From the IMG/VR virus record IMGVR_UViG_3300005239_000270: DNA of 20,000 nt. One strand, 5' to 3'. The DNA comes from an uncultured virus (IMG/VR IMGVR_UViG_3300005239_000270). Its lineage: Duplodnaviria > Heunggongvirae > Uroviricota > Caudoviricetes. This document shows, piece by piece, positions 1-9,131 of this stretch. Numbering within the stretch: the first letter of the stretch is position 1; each line of letters begins with the position of its first letter. The translations under genes were made by a program, and so were the position numbers. The notes beneath the pieces were generated by a model, which did not search any database, was not told where the DNA came from, and saw only the letters and a list, made by a program, of their open reading frames with translations.

Positions 1-1
1 A

Positions 2-559
2 GACCCTAAGACCGGTGACCTCCGCTTTAATGGTTACGTCGTTACTCGGAGCCACCCTGGTACTCCTAGCGATATTGCCCGTGAGACCGACTGGTCCAAA
101 GCAGAACGTCCCAAGATTGATGGAACCTTCGTCAAGCCTCGTCGGTTCCTCGCCTGGGTTGCAACATCTGCTGCCCGTGGTCGTCTCGAAGTACTGTTCA
201 TTGAACAAAAAACATTACGCGAACAGCTGACTGAAATCCTTCAAGAGGTTGAAGACTACACCTGGACTGAAGAAGGTCTCGCTAATTTCTCAATCAAGAT
301 TAGCAAGAAAGGCGCTGGCCTTGATACTAAGTACAGCATCCTGCCTAAAGTTCGTGCTGTCCCTGCCAAAATTAAAGCTGACTGGGACTCACAAAAAGAA
401 ACCATCTGGTTGCCAAACTATTTCGAGGGCAAAGACCCATTCGACGGCAAGCAAGTGGATGAGAAAGGTTTACCTGCTGGTGGCACCGACAAGCGTGGAG
501 CTCACGTAAGTCCTACCACTGCAAAGAAAAAAGTACAAGAAGATAACGCGGAGTTTTAA
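2..559 (+). CDS. Putative phage ssDNA-binding protein, 5' partial (missed by the ORF track)
   Basis: Frame 2 is open from the window start to TAA at 557-559: ...KPRRFLAWV...EVLFIEQKTLREQL...FSIKISKKGAGLDTKYSILP...FEGKDPF...EDNAEF*. The acidic tail ending in Phe and the position ahead of exonuclease and primase fit an SSB. Confidence 0.6.
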   Translation, partial: DPKTGDLRFNGYVVTRSHPGTPSDIARETDWSKAERPKIDGTFVKPRRFLAWVATSAARGRLEVLFIEQKTLREQLTEILQEVEDYTWTEEGLANFSIKISKKGAGLDTKYSILPKVRAVPAKIKADWDSQKETIWLPNYFEGKDPFDGKQVDEKGLPAGGTDKRGAHVSPTTAKKKVQEDNAEF

Positions 560-561
560 TT

Positions 562-848
562 ATGACAAACGTAAATACTGAAGGTCTTCCTGTTGAAATG
601 CAGCAACGCATTGCTGAGATCATTGAGAAAGCTAAAGCGAATGCTGTACAACCTGTTGGTTCTGTACCAGTACAAGCACCTGTTCAACAACAACAACCAG
701 GTCTTGTTAACCCTGGTGCCGTAGCACAACGTCCACCATCACTGATGGATCACATCATTGCTTTGCGTGGTGAAGTTTCTGAATTGCGTCAAGAAAATTT
801 AGATCTACGTCAGCAAGTTCATGCATCTGCTCAAGTAACGGAGGCAGT
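562..848 (+). CDS. Hypothetical protein (Q/P-rich linker plus coiled coil), truncated by N-gap
   Basis: ATG 2 nt after the previous stop; open frame up to the gap at 849-868. Confidence 0.7.
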
Positions 849-868
849 NNNNNNNNNNNNNNNNNNNN

Positions 869-1525
869 GGTACTGAAACGGAAAAGTCTAAAGCCGGTCT
901 CCGCAACTGGAACATCAATAACCCAGGCAAGCTTGAAGAAGCTGGCAAGCGTGGCTCAGCCATTCACCTCGGTTGCGAGAACTACTTACGTGGTTTAGAT
1001 CCAGGTGTACCAGATGAGTATCAAGACTTTTGGAATGGTCTCTCTCAATACCTTGATTGGTTTGATGTACTTCATTGGAGTGAACGACCATTAAGAAAAG
1101 ATTGGTATCACCTACGCTCTGATGATAAGGAAGTAGCCTATGTCTGGTCGACGAAACATTTATATGCAGGGTGTCCAGACTTAATTGGTGAAATCGGTGG
1201 TGTCAAAGTCATCGCTGACTTCAAGACAAGCAACGGTCCATACATGAATCGTTTCCCTGACAAGGGTGACAAGATGGGCTTCGGTGGATTTCGTAAGTAT
1301 CAGAAGTGCGCTCAACAAATGGCTGCCTATAGGCTCGCCCTTGAAGAGCGTACTGGTTATAAGTGTGACGTAGCTTTGATTATTGTCTCAACTCCGGAGA
1401 CATCACAAGCTATATTTATCGACGGTGATCAGATGGATCTAGCTGAGTCTAGATTCACTACACGGTGCGCTCAGTTTCATGAGATGTATCCACCTGACCC
1501 GGAGGAGATTGCGTTAAAAGAATAA
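869..1525 (+). CDS. PD-(D/E)XK exonuclease (RecB/Cas4/MGME1-like), 5' end lost in gap
   Basis: Frame open from 869, in frame with the 1244 ORF. Motifs RGSAIH, YAGCPDLIG, IADFKTS and QMAAY. Confidence 0.85.
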   Translation, partial: GTETEKSKAGLRNWNINNPGKLEEAGKRGSAIHLGCENYLRGLDPGVPDEYQDFWNGLSQYLDWFDVLHWSERPLRKDWYHLRSDDKEVAYVWSTKHLYAGCPDLIGEIGGVKVIADFKTSNGPYMNRFPDKGDKMGFGGFRKYQKCAQQMAAYRLALEERTGYKCDVALIIVSTPETSQAIFIDGDQMDLAESRFTTRCAQFHEMYPPDPEEIALKE

Positions 1526-1532
1526 AAGGTAT

Positions 1533-2120
1533 ATGAAACTCAAATTATCTGTCCATAAAAGTTGTAAGAATAAAGCTAATCCTCAAAAGGTTGCCCGTGG
1601 TTGGAGCAATATCTTTGAAGATATTGATTGGCTACTCGGTTGGGTGCAGCACGGCTATGGCTGGACTGCTACTCACTTTGTAGACAAGCACCGTAAAGCT
1701 GAGAATGCTTGCGGCAGTAACCTCGTCGTCATCGACTTCGATGGTGACACCACACTCGATGCATTCTGGGATACCCAGACTGCTAAGGACTGGTGCGTTG
1801 CTACTTATACATCTTCAAGTCATACCCTTGCTGAGCATAGGTTCCGTGCTCTCTTCCCACTAGAGAGAGAGCTGCAGTCTGCTGCTGAACACCGTGGTGC
1901 TTACTGGCTTGTGGTCAATCGTTTGTTGCAAGAGCTTGGTCTAACTGAGCTCAAAGACAACTGCGGTCAAAAGCCTGAGCGTCTTTGGTATGGCAATACC
2001 AAAGCAATCGTTAAATACAATGATCAATCATCCAGTGCTTTACATGCATTTGTCCCTGAGTTTCTGCTCATGACATTGAGTATGAAGAGACAACTACCTA
2101 TGTGCACTCAGACACACTGA
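1533..2120 (+). CDS. N-terminal AEP primase-polymerase domain of primase-helicase (allele A; apparent stop caused by read-end indels)
   Basis: LVVIDFDG (DxD), YTSSSH...HRFRALFPL and RLWYG motifs. The 3' part duplicates the sequence after the gap at 2190-2209. Confidence 0.75.
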   Translation: MKLKLSVHKSCKNKANPQKVARGWSNIFEDIDWLLGWVQHGYGWTATHFVDKHRKAENACGSNLVVIDFDGDTTLDAFWDTQTAKDWCVATYTSSSHTLAEHRFRALFPLERELQSAAEHRGAYWLVVNRLLQELGLTELKDNCGQKPERLWYGNTKAIVKYNDQSSSALHAFVPEFLLMTLSMKRQLPMCTQTH

Positions 2121-2576
2121 CCTTGATGTCAGACGATGTCAGTGGCTTCTACGTGAGTTCCTAGAGCGTCTGATGACGTGAGTATGAGTNNNNNNNNNNN
2201 NNNNNNNNNACATCCTCTAGTCACACACTTGCAGAGCATCGCTTCCGTGCTCTGTTCCCACTTGGCAAAGACTTAGACACAGCATCACAGCACCGTGGTG
2301 CTTACTGGCTTGTCGTCAATCGTTTGCTACAAGAGCTTGGTCTAGATGAGCTCAAAGATAACTGTGGCCAGAAAAGTGAACGCTTATGGTACGGCAATAC
2401 AAAAGCAGAAGTAAGGCTCAACGATGATGCCTTAGTCCCTGACTTCCTGCTCAACGATATTGAGTACGAAGAGTCTTCTACTTATGTACACTCTGACGTC
2501 ACAGACGTTGATGTCAAACGTTGTCAGTGGCTCCTGCGAGAGTTCTTAGACCCTTCTGAAGATGGTGAGTATGAGT
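1809..2576 (+). repeat. Diverged duplicate flanking an N-gap (1809-2189 vs 2210-2576), probable assembly of two alleles
   Basis: Same peptide on both sides of a 20-N gap, with many third-position differences. Confidence 0.8.
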
Positions 2577-4162
2577 CTTATTTTGTACCGATCATGGCCG
2601 CCTGTGCAGGCATTGGACACGTTGTCTTCGATGACTGGGTTGACTGGGTCTTACGTGGTCATCACGGTGAAAAGCCAGAGAACTCTCAGCCATTTAAATG
2701 GCATGGTCTTGGCAATTTTGCAGGGCACACTTCGCTCTATGCAATGGCCAAAAAACAAGACCGTAGTTGGACTCAACAGCTCCCACATTCATTAATGTTT
2801 GGTGCTGTTGGTACAGCTGTAGGTTATACAGAACTCGACCCACAACCTGATTTTGCAGAAGTTATAATCGCATCGCAGGGTAAATCTATACCGGAGAAAA
2901 ATATGATTGAACCAGAACCGTTACCTGATGTATCGGTTGCAAAACGAAAAGGTCGTCCTAAAAAAAGCAGCAATGACGCTGCCAAAGAACGTGAAGAAGA
3001 TGTTCGTCAAGTTAAAGAGATCCTGCAAGAACTGCGTAAAAATGAACTAACGGGTGCTATTGAATACACTGACAATACTGGTCGTACTATTGCACTACAA
3101 GGTAATGACCTTGAGTTAATGACAACCAAACTAGCTTGTGAGTTTGGAGTATTTATACCTGAGCCTCGTGTCAAAGCAGCTGTTCAGTATGCGGCTTCCA
3201 GGAATTCATACTGTCCTATTCGCCGTTATCTTGATCACTGCAGTGCACGCGCTAAGCCGCATGAGCAATGGGCAACCATTGGCGAGGAGTTCTTAGGCAA
3301 CAAGCATCACATCGCTACCCTTGCTATGCAACGGATGATGATTGGTGCTGTAGCACGAGCATATAACCCTGGCTGCTCTATGTCTTGGCTACCCATTCTT
3401 GTCGGTGCTCAAGGTGTTGGTAAGTCAATGTTCAGTCGCAACCTTGTCCCTAATGATTTGTTTGCTGAGGTTTCAACACCTTTAGACACATTGATGAAAG
3501 AGCAGTACAGACTGCATATGGCATGGCTTCTTGAATTACCTGAGATTGATAACTATTTCAATATCAGAAATATTGAGAATTTTAAGAACTTAATTACTTC
3601 TCGTGTTGATGAAGTACGCTATCCTTATGCTGCCTTGCCATCCAAACTTCCTCGGAGGTTTGTGATGATTGGTACTACCAATCGCAATCAGTTTCTAGTA
3701 GATAGCACGGGTAACCGTCGCTTTGTTCCACTTGAAATTGGCAGTGGGTTCCAAGTACCCTGGACTCGGTTACGTGAAGAGCGTGACTCTATGTGGGCTG
3801 CAGCCGTTGCGGCCTACAGGAATAACGATAGATATGAGTTTGACAGCGGAGAGATTGCAGCTATTGCTGAATACATTCAAGAGTTTGGTGATCCTGACCC
3901 TTGGATGGATAAAGTTTCTTCTTATGTAGCAATTCGATCAGAGGTCACCGCTGCTGAAGTTCTAACTAATGCACTTGAACTTGATCCACGTAATCAAGGT
4001 AGGCGTGAAGCACGTCGTGTTGCTGATGTCCTTCAGTCTATGGGCTGGAGACGTCTAGTAACTTCTCGTAAAGACGCCAACGGTAAATCTAAGTCAGTTC
4101 GTATTTGGAAACGACCAAAGAGTGATCCACTCGATGAAAGTCATGTATTAAATGACTTCTAA
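2210..4162 (+). CDS. Primase-helicase: end of AEP domain, PriCT-like region and VirE/VapE-like P-loop helicase (allele B)
   Basis: Frame open from 2210. Walker A ILVGAQGVGKS, Walker B LLELPEID, GTTN and DSTGNRRF as in VirE-family ATPases. The true gene probably spans 1533-4162 without the duplication. Confidence 0.85.
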   Translation, partial: TSSSHTLAEHRFRALFPLGKDLDTASQHRGAYWLVVNRLLQELGLDELKDNCGQKSERLWYGNTKAEVRLNDDALVPDFLLNDIEYEESSTYVHSDVTDVDVKRCQWLLREFLDPSEDGEYESYFVPIMAACAGIGHVVFDDWVDWVLRGHHGEKPENSQPFKWHGLGNFAGHTSLYAMAKKQDRSWTQQLPHSLMFGAVGTAVGYTELDPQPDFAEVIIASQGKSIPEKNMIEPEPLPDVSVAKRKGRPKKSSNDAAKEREEDVRQVKEILQELRKNELTGAIEYTDNTGRTIALQGNDLELMTTKLACEFGVFIPEPRVKAAVQYAASRNSYCPIRRYLDHCSARAKPHEQWATIGEEFLGNKHHIATLAMQRMMIGAVARAYNPGCSMSWLPILVGAQGVGKSMFSRNLVPNDLFAEVSTPLDTLMKEQYRLHMAWLLELPEIDNYFNIRNIENFKNLITSRVDEVRYPYAALPSKLPRRFVMIGTTNRNQFLVDSTGNRRFVPLEIGSGFQVPWTRLREERDSMWAAAVAAYRNNDRYEFDSGEIAAIAEYIQEFGDPDPWMDKVSSYVAIRSEVTAAEVLTNALELDPRNQGRREARRVADVLQSMGWRRLVTSRKDANGKSKSVRIWKRPKSDPLDESHVLNDF

Positions 4163-4199
4163 ATAAATACAGTCCATAAGTTCATAAACATATAATAAA

Positions 4200-4436
4200 A
4201 TGAAAACTTCTGATATTAAAATCGGGCTGCGTGTGCATGTATCTTCTAATGGTATGACTGCACTTGTAGTTGGGCCTCCCGAGTATTACACCCCCCGAGC
4301 TAAACTTGTAAGGATTAAATATGAAAACTCAACACGTTTTGAGTATATGATTAGCAATCAACTCACAGCACTGCCTAAAGACGAACAATATCCGGCACTT
4401 GGTGGTACATATGTCCGACATGCCAATAGTTTCTAA
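4200..4436 (+). CDS. Small hypothetical protein (possible SH3/KOW-like beta fold)
   Basis: ATG after an AT-rich spacer; IKIGLRVHV...ALVVG pattern; ends 2 nt before the next gene. Confidence 0.7.
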   Translation: MKTSDIKIGLRVHVSSNGMTALVVGPPEYYTPRAKLVRIKYENSTRFEYMISNQLTALPKDEQYPALGGTYVRHANSF

Positions 4437-4438
4437 TT

Positions 4439-4813
4439 ATGAGTGAATCTCAGCCAAGTAAAAAAGTTGGAGGCCATGCCTACGGTAGACGTAATCTACA
4501 AATGTCTAACACTGCCGAAGAGGGTGAGCTTTGTATTTATACAGGCCATTCACTAGGAAGATTCTCCAATCATTCAATGCGGTTTGATAGTCATCAAGCT
4601 TGCGTTCGTTGTGTAGCTGCAGCTCGTGAAGGTCGAATGTCGTTTGACATTGATCGTCTTCTTAAACGAGAGCGCAAACGTGCATTGAAATTCTGGTCTC
4701 AAGTTGATATTGGTGACCCTGATGAGTGCTGGACGTGGAATGGAGCCATCAATAAACGTACAAAGCAACCGCAGTTCTCATGGAGACGGCATGGTATCTC
4801 TAGTTCTACACAG
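4439..4813 (+). CDS. Zn-finger plus HNH-like protein, N-terminal part (allele A)
   Basis: C-x3-GH...CxxC followed by FWSQVDIGDPDECWTW; cut by the gap at 4814-4833. Confidence 0.7.
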
Positions 4814-5085
4814 NNNNNNNNNNNNNNNNNNNNTTCTCTTCGCATTCAATGCGTTACGACAGTCACCAAGCTTGTACTCGCTGTGTTGCTGCTGCTCGTG
4901 AAGGCAGGTTTTCATTTGATATTGACCGCTTGCTTAAAAGAGAACGCAAACGTGCTTTAAAGTTCTGGTCACAAGTAGATATCGGTGACCCTGATGAATG
5001 CTGGAACTGGAATGGCACCATCAATAGTCGCACTAAACAACCTCAATTTTCTTGGAGACGTCATGGTATTTCTAGTTCCACGCAG
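4571..5085 (+). repeat. Diverged duplicate flanking an N-gap (about 4571-4813 vs 4843-5085)
   Basis: Near-identical peptide with many synonymous changes either side of a 20-N gap. Confidence 0.8.
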
Positions 5086-5514
5086 CACCATCCTCAACGT
5101 GTTGCAATGTGGTTTACGTGGGGTGACTTGGGATTCACAGGAGTTAAAACCACTTGTGGAAACAAGTATTGCTGTAATCCCTTCCACCTCATCCCCCAAA
5201 GAGTGGGAGTCTTTGTTGACCAAGATAGTTACATCGAATCCTTTGAGTTAGCGTGTCAACTTCATACACTTAAGCAACAAGTAGCTGAGTATATGATTGA
5301 AGAAGCACTCAAAGAACAAGCACGCATAGATGAATCTGAAGAGATTGATGCTCGTGCTGATTTATTGCTCAACCCTAATACTGGTTTTGCCGAACGCTTT
5401 GATGCTGTGATGACTGACATGCTAGCCGGTAGGCACATTAGTCAGACTGAACCTGCAGACCCTGGACTACTTCGTAAGCCTTCTGAGAATGAAGATAACA
5501 ACGAAGAGTTCTAA
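4834..5514 (+). CDS. Degenerate HNH_3-like endonuclease-fold protein with acidic C-terminal extension (allele B)
   Basis: FWSQVD...ECWNWNG...PQRVAMWFTWG...TTCGNKYCCNPFHL follows the phage HNH pattern FWxKV..CWxW..AHRxAY..HxCxNxxCxNPxHL. Confidence 0.7.
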   Translation, partial: FSSHSMRYDSHQACTRCVAAAREGRFSFDIDRLLKRERKRALKFWSQVDIGDPDECWNWNGTINSRTKQPQFSWRRHGISSSTQHHPQRVAMWFTWGDLGFTGVKTTCGNKYCCNPFHLIPQRVGVFVDQDSYIESFELACQLHTLKQQVAEYMIEEALKEQARIDESEEIDARADLLLNPNTGFAERFDAVMTDMLAGRHISQTEPADPGLLRKPSENEDNNEEF

Positions 5515-5565
5515 CCCCACGTTATTCATTAATAACACTTATCGTAAACAAAGAGTCATTCAATT

Positions 5566-5981
5566 ATGTCTAGACGCACAGATCTACTTCAAGCCTTAGT
5601 TCAATCCGACAAGTTCGGTGAAGAGAAAAAGCAGGAGCAGCAATTCCTTATTGCTACTGCTGAGTTAATTCTCTATGATCTCGTTAACATCGCTCTTGCT
5701 GGTGTTGAAAGGAGCGGTGCAGGTTCACTTGTTATCAATTTACAAAACGACTCCACGACATTTATGTCTGGTCACTCGATTGAGTTTGATATCAGAACTG
5801 CTGAACGCGAAGAAGATACTGAAATCCTTGAGTTCTTACGTGGACTGATGGAAGAGATAGACGAGAATGACTGGAGCAAAAATGTTTTAATTACGTTGAT
5901 TAGTGATGCTGGAACAAGAACATTTGCTGTCGAAGCAGGAGGGCCAAGAAGCTCGAGCGCTTGCAGCAGATTTAGCGGATA
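5566..5981 (+). CDS. Hypothetical phage protein (about 138 aa; 3' end at read edge)
   Basis: Open frame from ATG 5566 to the gap. The 476 aa length in the ORF track is an artefact of the Ns. Confidence 0.75.
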
Positions 5982-6750
5982 NNNNNNNNNNNNNNNNNNN
6001 NNNNNNNNNNNNNNNNNNNNNNNNNNNNNNNNNNNNNNNNNNNNNNNNNNNNNNNNNNNNNNNNNNNNNNNNNNNNNNNNNNNNNNNNNNNNNNNNNNNN
6101 NNNNNNNNNNNNNNNNNNNNNNNNNNNNNNNNNNNNNNNNNNNNNNNNNNNNNNNNNNNNNNNNNNNNNNNNNNNNNNNNNNNNNNNNNNNNNNNNNNNN
6201 NNNNNNNNNNNNNNNNNNNNNNNNNNNNNNNNNNNNNNNNNNNNNNNNNNNNNNNNNNNNNNNNNNNNNNNNNNNNNNNNNNNNNNNNNNNNNNNNNNNN
6301 NNNNNNNNNNNNNNNNNNNNNNNNNNNNNNNNNNNNNNNNNNNNNNNNNNNNNNNNNNNNNNNNNNNNNNNNNNNNNNNNNNNNNNNNNNNNNNNNNNNN
6401 NNNNNNNNNNNNNNNNNNNNNNNNNNNNNNNNNNNNNNNNNNNNNNNNNNNNNNNNNNNNNNNNNNNNNNNNNNNNNNNNNNNNNNNNNNNNNNNNNNNN
6501 NNNNNNNNNNNNNNNNNNNNNNNNNNNNNNNNNNNNNNNNNNNNNNNNNNNNNNNNNNNNNNNNNNNNNNNNNNNNNNNNNNNNNNNNNNNNNNNNNNNN
6601 NNNNNNNNNNNNNNNNNNNNNNNNNNNNNNNNNNNNNNNNNNNNNNNNNNNNNNNNNNNNNNNNNNNNNNNNNNNNNNNNNNNNNNNNNNNNNNNNNNNN
6701 NNNNNNNNNNNNNNNNNNNNNNNNNNNNNNNNNNNNNNNNNNNNNNNNNN

Positions 6751-6996
6751 ATAAAAACTGCTCAGCGTCTAGAAGAACTGAACAGTTGGTGCTCACAGGA
6801 TTTAGAACCATGGCAATCTTTTGTACCTTATGCTTGGTATTCACCTGCTGATACTGATTTGAAAGAAGGTATCTGCGTTTACTTCACACATTCTATATAT
6901 AGCAATGAAAACATTTTTGATTTGCTTATGCCTCATATTCAAGAACATGAGACATTAGAACAGCGTGATAACTTATTATTTTTCAGGCGCTGTTAA
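6751..6996 (+). CDS. C-terminal fragment of a hypothetical protein
   Basis: Open frame from the gap edge to TAA; no recognisable motif. Confidence 0.45.
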   Translation: MKTAQRLEELNSWCSQDLEPWQSFVPYAWYSPADTDLKEGICVYFTHSIYSNENIFDLLMPHIQEHETLEQRDNLLFFRRC

Positions 6997-7167
6997 TCCA
7001 GCAGCATGTTTTGGATAACACTCTATATACGCATCCATTGGAATAACAATATACTCAGCAATTTGATTTTTATCTAAGTAGTTTACTGTCATCCACCCTG
7101 GCTGATTTTCAACAGCGCCTGTAATTGCATAGCCAGCAAGTATGCTGCAAAAGATTAAAGGAGTCAT
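6976..7167 (-). CDS. Small hypothetical protein with hydrophobic N-terminus
   Basis: ATGA overlap with the upstream DUF3310 gene; N-terminus LIFCSILAGYAI. Confidence 0.6.
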   Translation of the reverse strand: MTPLIFCSILAGYAITGAVENQPGWMTVNYLDKNQIAEYIVIPMDAYIECYPKHAAGLTAPEK

Positions 7168-7667
7168 GTGTTTCTTTTCAAATGATTAATTAACCGTGTC
7201 AAATACCACTCTGCTTTGCTTGCATCTTGTTGTGCATTTCCCTTGAGCCACAAACGAAGAAGATACTTCAGCGCTTGAGCTTGAAGCATTCCTGCTTTGA
7301 CATCAGGTGCATCTTGAATTGCTTCTTCAATGATATCTATTGCTTCTTGTGTGCCACGTGTGTAATGTGAAGGACTATTTACCATGTCATTCTGTGTCTC
7401 TGGATGATAATAAGTCCTATCGTTATTCACTGGTCCTAATTGACTCTCCACCCTGCAATTATTGTCATATCCTTCTACTACTCGTAGCCAATGTTTACCA
7501 TCTTTTAGATCTGCTTGGTTATACATGTTCAGGTTTGGAAAGTCCCACTCTTTTGAATTCTTAAATGTTTGATCATCCAATGCTTCCCACTCCTTCCATT
7601 CTTTATCTTCATTCCAATTATGGTCATCATACTTCTTGAATTCTGACTTGAAATTTTCATAATCCAT
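7164..7667 (-). CDS. DUF3310 protein (T7 gp1.7-like, putative nucleotide kinase)
   Basis: DMVNSPSHYTRG..EAIDII...ALKYLLR...KG...QDASKAEWYL signature. Confidence 0.85.
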   Translation of the reverse strand: MDYENFKSEFKKYDDHNWNEDKEWKEWEALDDQTFKNSKEWDFPNLNMYNQADLKDGKHWLRVVEGYDNNCRVESQLGPVNNDRTYYHPETQNDMVNSPSHYTRGTQEAIDIIEEAIQDAPDVKAGMLQAQALKYLLRLWLKGNAQQDASKAEWYLTRLINHLKRNT

Positions 7668-7717
7668 GTATCACATTCCTATGTTTCACTACCTAATATA
7701 GAAGAGAATAATTATAT

Positions 7718-8227
7718 ATGAGAGATATGCATGCTCCTGAAGGTGACCCTTGCTATATCAAAAATAAAGATAGATACTTTATGAGTATTGCAGAAACAAT
7801 CGCCAGTGGCTCAACACATCCCATTGTTCCTGGTGGCTGTGTTTTAACCCGCGATCGTGAAATAATTGGTGATGGTAGATCAGTTCTATGTTCTTCAAAA
7901 GTAGAAATTGATTGTATTACTTATGCCATTGCTACTTGCGCTAAACGAGGCACTCCTTCTGCAGGAGCCGTCATTTATTCCACACGCTATCCATTTGCTT
8001 CGTCTGTATTTCAAGCACATCTCATGGGCATACGGCGCTTTGTTATTGCCGCTCACCAATGGGAGCCCTACTATAAAGATGAGTTCAGACGTGCTGCACG
8101 TTTGGCAAGAGAGTTGTCTATAGCTATTGAGCCATTGCACAATAATCCAGACGCACGCTTCACAAAAAATCCTCACGAACTTGATGAGTTCGATCCAAAA
8201 GAAAAATCTGATTTAGACAATGACTGA
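7718..8227 (+). CDS. dCMP/cytidine deaminase-fold protein lacking catalytic motifs
   Basis: YFMSIAETIA.GS...GCVL..D.EIIGDG...AIA..AKRG....GAVIYSTRYP...GIRRFV scaffold. HxE is replaced by DCI and PCxxC by PFASS. Confidence 0.75.
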   Translation: MRDMHAPEGDPCYIKNKDRYFMSIAETIASGSTHPIVPGGCVLTRDREIIGDGRSVLCSSKVEIDCITYAIATCAKRGTPSAGAVIYSTRYPFASSVFQAHLMGIRRFVIAAHQWEPYYKDEFRRAARLARELSIAIEPLHNNPDARFTKNPHELDEFDPKEKSDLDND

Positions 8228-8372
8228 ACTTTCCTACATATGTACATACCGTTCCGGCGAAGTGATAACTAATCTCAATTACGATGATAGTTACGCACTA
8301 TTTTTAGAAGCTAGTAAAACAAATAATCCCTGTGTGGTTACATTTGATCAAAAGATTTTAGAGAATAATTAA
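8220..8372 (+). CDS. 50-aa hypothetical protein (not in ORF track)
   Basis: MTELSYICTYRSGEVITNLNYDDSYALFLEASKTNNPCVVTFDQKILENN*. Overlaps the previous stop and is coupled to the next gene via TAATG. Confidence 0.6.
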   Translation: MTELSYICTYRSGEVITNLNYDDSYALFLEASKTNNPCVVTFDQKILENN

Positions 8373-8893
8373 TGACTGAACTATTATTTGACATTGAAAG
8401 CACCGGCTTGCTTCGCCGTGGCTCTACTATCCACTGCATTGTTATGCGTGATATGGATACAGTAGAAGAACCATTAGTCTTTGACTACAAACCTGAACGT
8501 GCTGTTATCCAGGGCGTAAAGCAACTAGAGAATGCTGATGTACTCATAGGCCATAACATTATTAACTATGACATCCCGTTACTCAAAGAACAGTTTCCAG
8601 ACTTTACCTTTAGAGGTGAGGTCCTTGATACTCTTGTTCTCTCCCGTCTTTTTTATCCCCATATTGCTGACCGTGATTTTCAAAGACGCCCTCAAGGTAT
8701 GCCTCAAAGGTTGTACGGAAGGCACAGTCTCGAAGCCTGGGGACATCGACTAAAGTGTTTTAAGGGAGATTTCGGTAAACACGAAGCTGCTTGGGATAAG
8801 TACACACCAGAAATGCTGGATTATTGTATCCAAGACACGATGGTGACCGTCAAACTATATGAACTTCTAAAGAGGAGAATGAACGATGCCTAA
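8372..8893 (+). CDS. Stand-alone DnaQ-like 3'-5' exonuclease (proofreading domain of a T7-like PolA)
   Basis: ExoI FDIESTG, ExoII GHNIINYD, DTLVLSRL, HSLEAWGHRL and ExoIII YCIQD, as in the T7 gp5 N-terminal domain. Confidence 0.9.
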   Translation: MTELLFDIESTGLLRRGSTIHCIVMRDMDTVEEPLVFDYKPERAVIQGVKQLENADVLIGHNIINYDIPLLKEQFPDFTFRGEVLDTLVLSRLFYPHIADRDFQRRPQGMPQRLYGRHSLEAWGHRLKCFKGDFGKHEAAWDKYTPEMLDYCIQDTMVTVKLYELLKRRMNDA

Positions 8894-9131
8894 GAAAAAT
8901 GATCCATTAACTGTTTCTGAAGTACAAGAAGCAACTGATGAATTCTTTCCACTGTTTGATATTGTTAATGCTGCTATGCAACAACGTAATGGTTCGGTTG
9001 AAGATACGTTAAAAGTTATGGAGTCTGTAGCTAAGCTTGGACACAAGCGTCGTGCTGACAAAGCAGACGAAGAAAAGAAATTGAAGTTTGGATTTAACAA
9101 AACAAAGGATACTGACAATGCGGATACCTGA
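8886..9131 (+). CDS. 81-aa hypothetical protein between the exonuclease and polymerase genes
   Basis: SD GAGGAG at 8872-8877; overlaps both neighbouring genes. Confidence 0.75.
   Translation: MPKKNDPLTVSEVQEATDEFFPLFDIVNAAMQQRNGSVEDTLKVMESVAKLGHKRRADKADEEKKLKFGFNKTKDTDNADT

Noticed and set aside
15..509. ORF-track calls 15..230 and 249..509
   Set aside because: They are shadows of the continuous frame-2 SSB-like ORF at 2..559.
869..1525. CRISPR-associated Cas4
   Set aside because: No array or other cas genes, no Fe-S cysteine cluster visible, and the replication-module context fits a plain phage exonuclease.
1533..2576. True tandem duplication, pseudogene or diversity-generating repeat pair in the primase (and at 4439-5085)
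   Set aside because: The copies abut 20-N gaps, indels cluster at read ends, differences are largely synonymous and not adenine-specific, and no reverse transcriptase is present.
5566..6996. Long ORFs through N-runs (476, 283 and 290 aa; also 13201..13731 and the 409-aa integrase length)
   Set aside because: Artefacts of translating Ns.
8886..9131. Intron or intein interrupting polA
   Set aside because: No intein termini or group I/II intron features. The ORFs are joined by ordinary start/stop overlaps, with SDs before the second and third.
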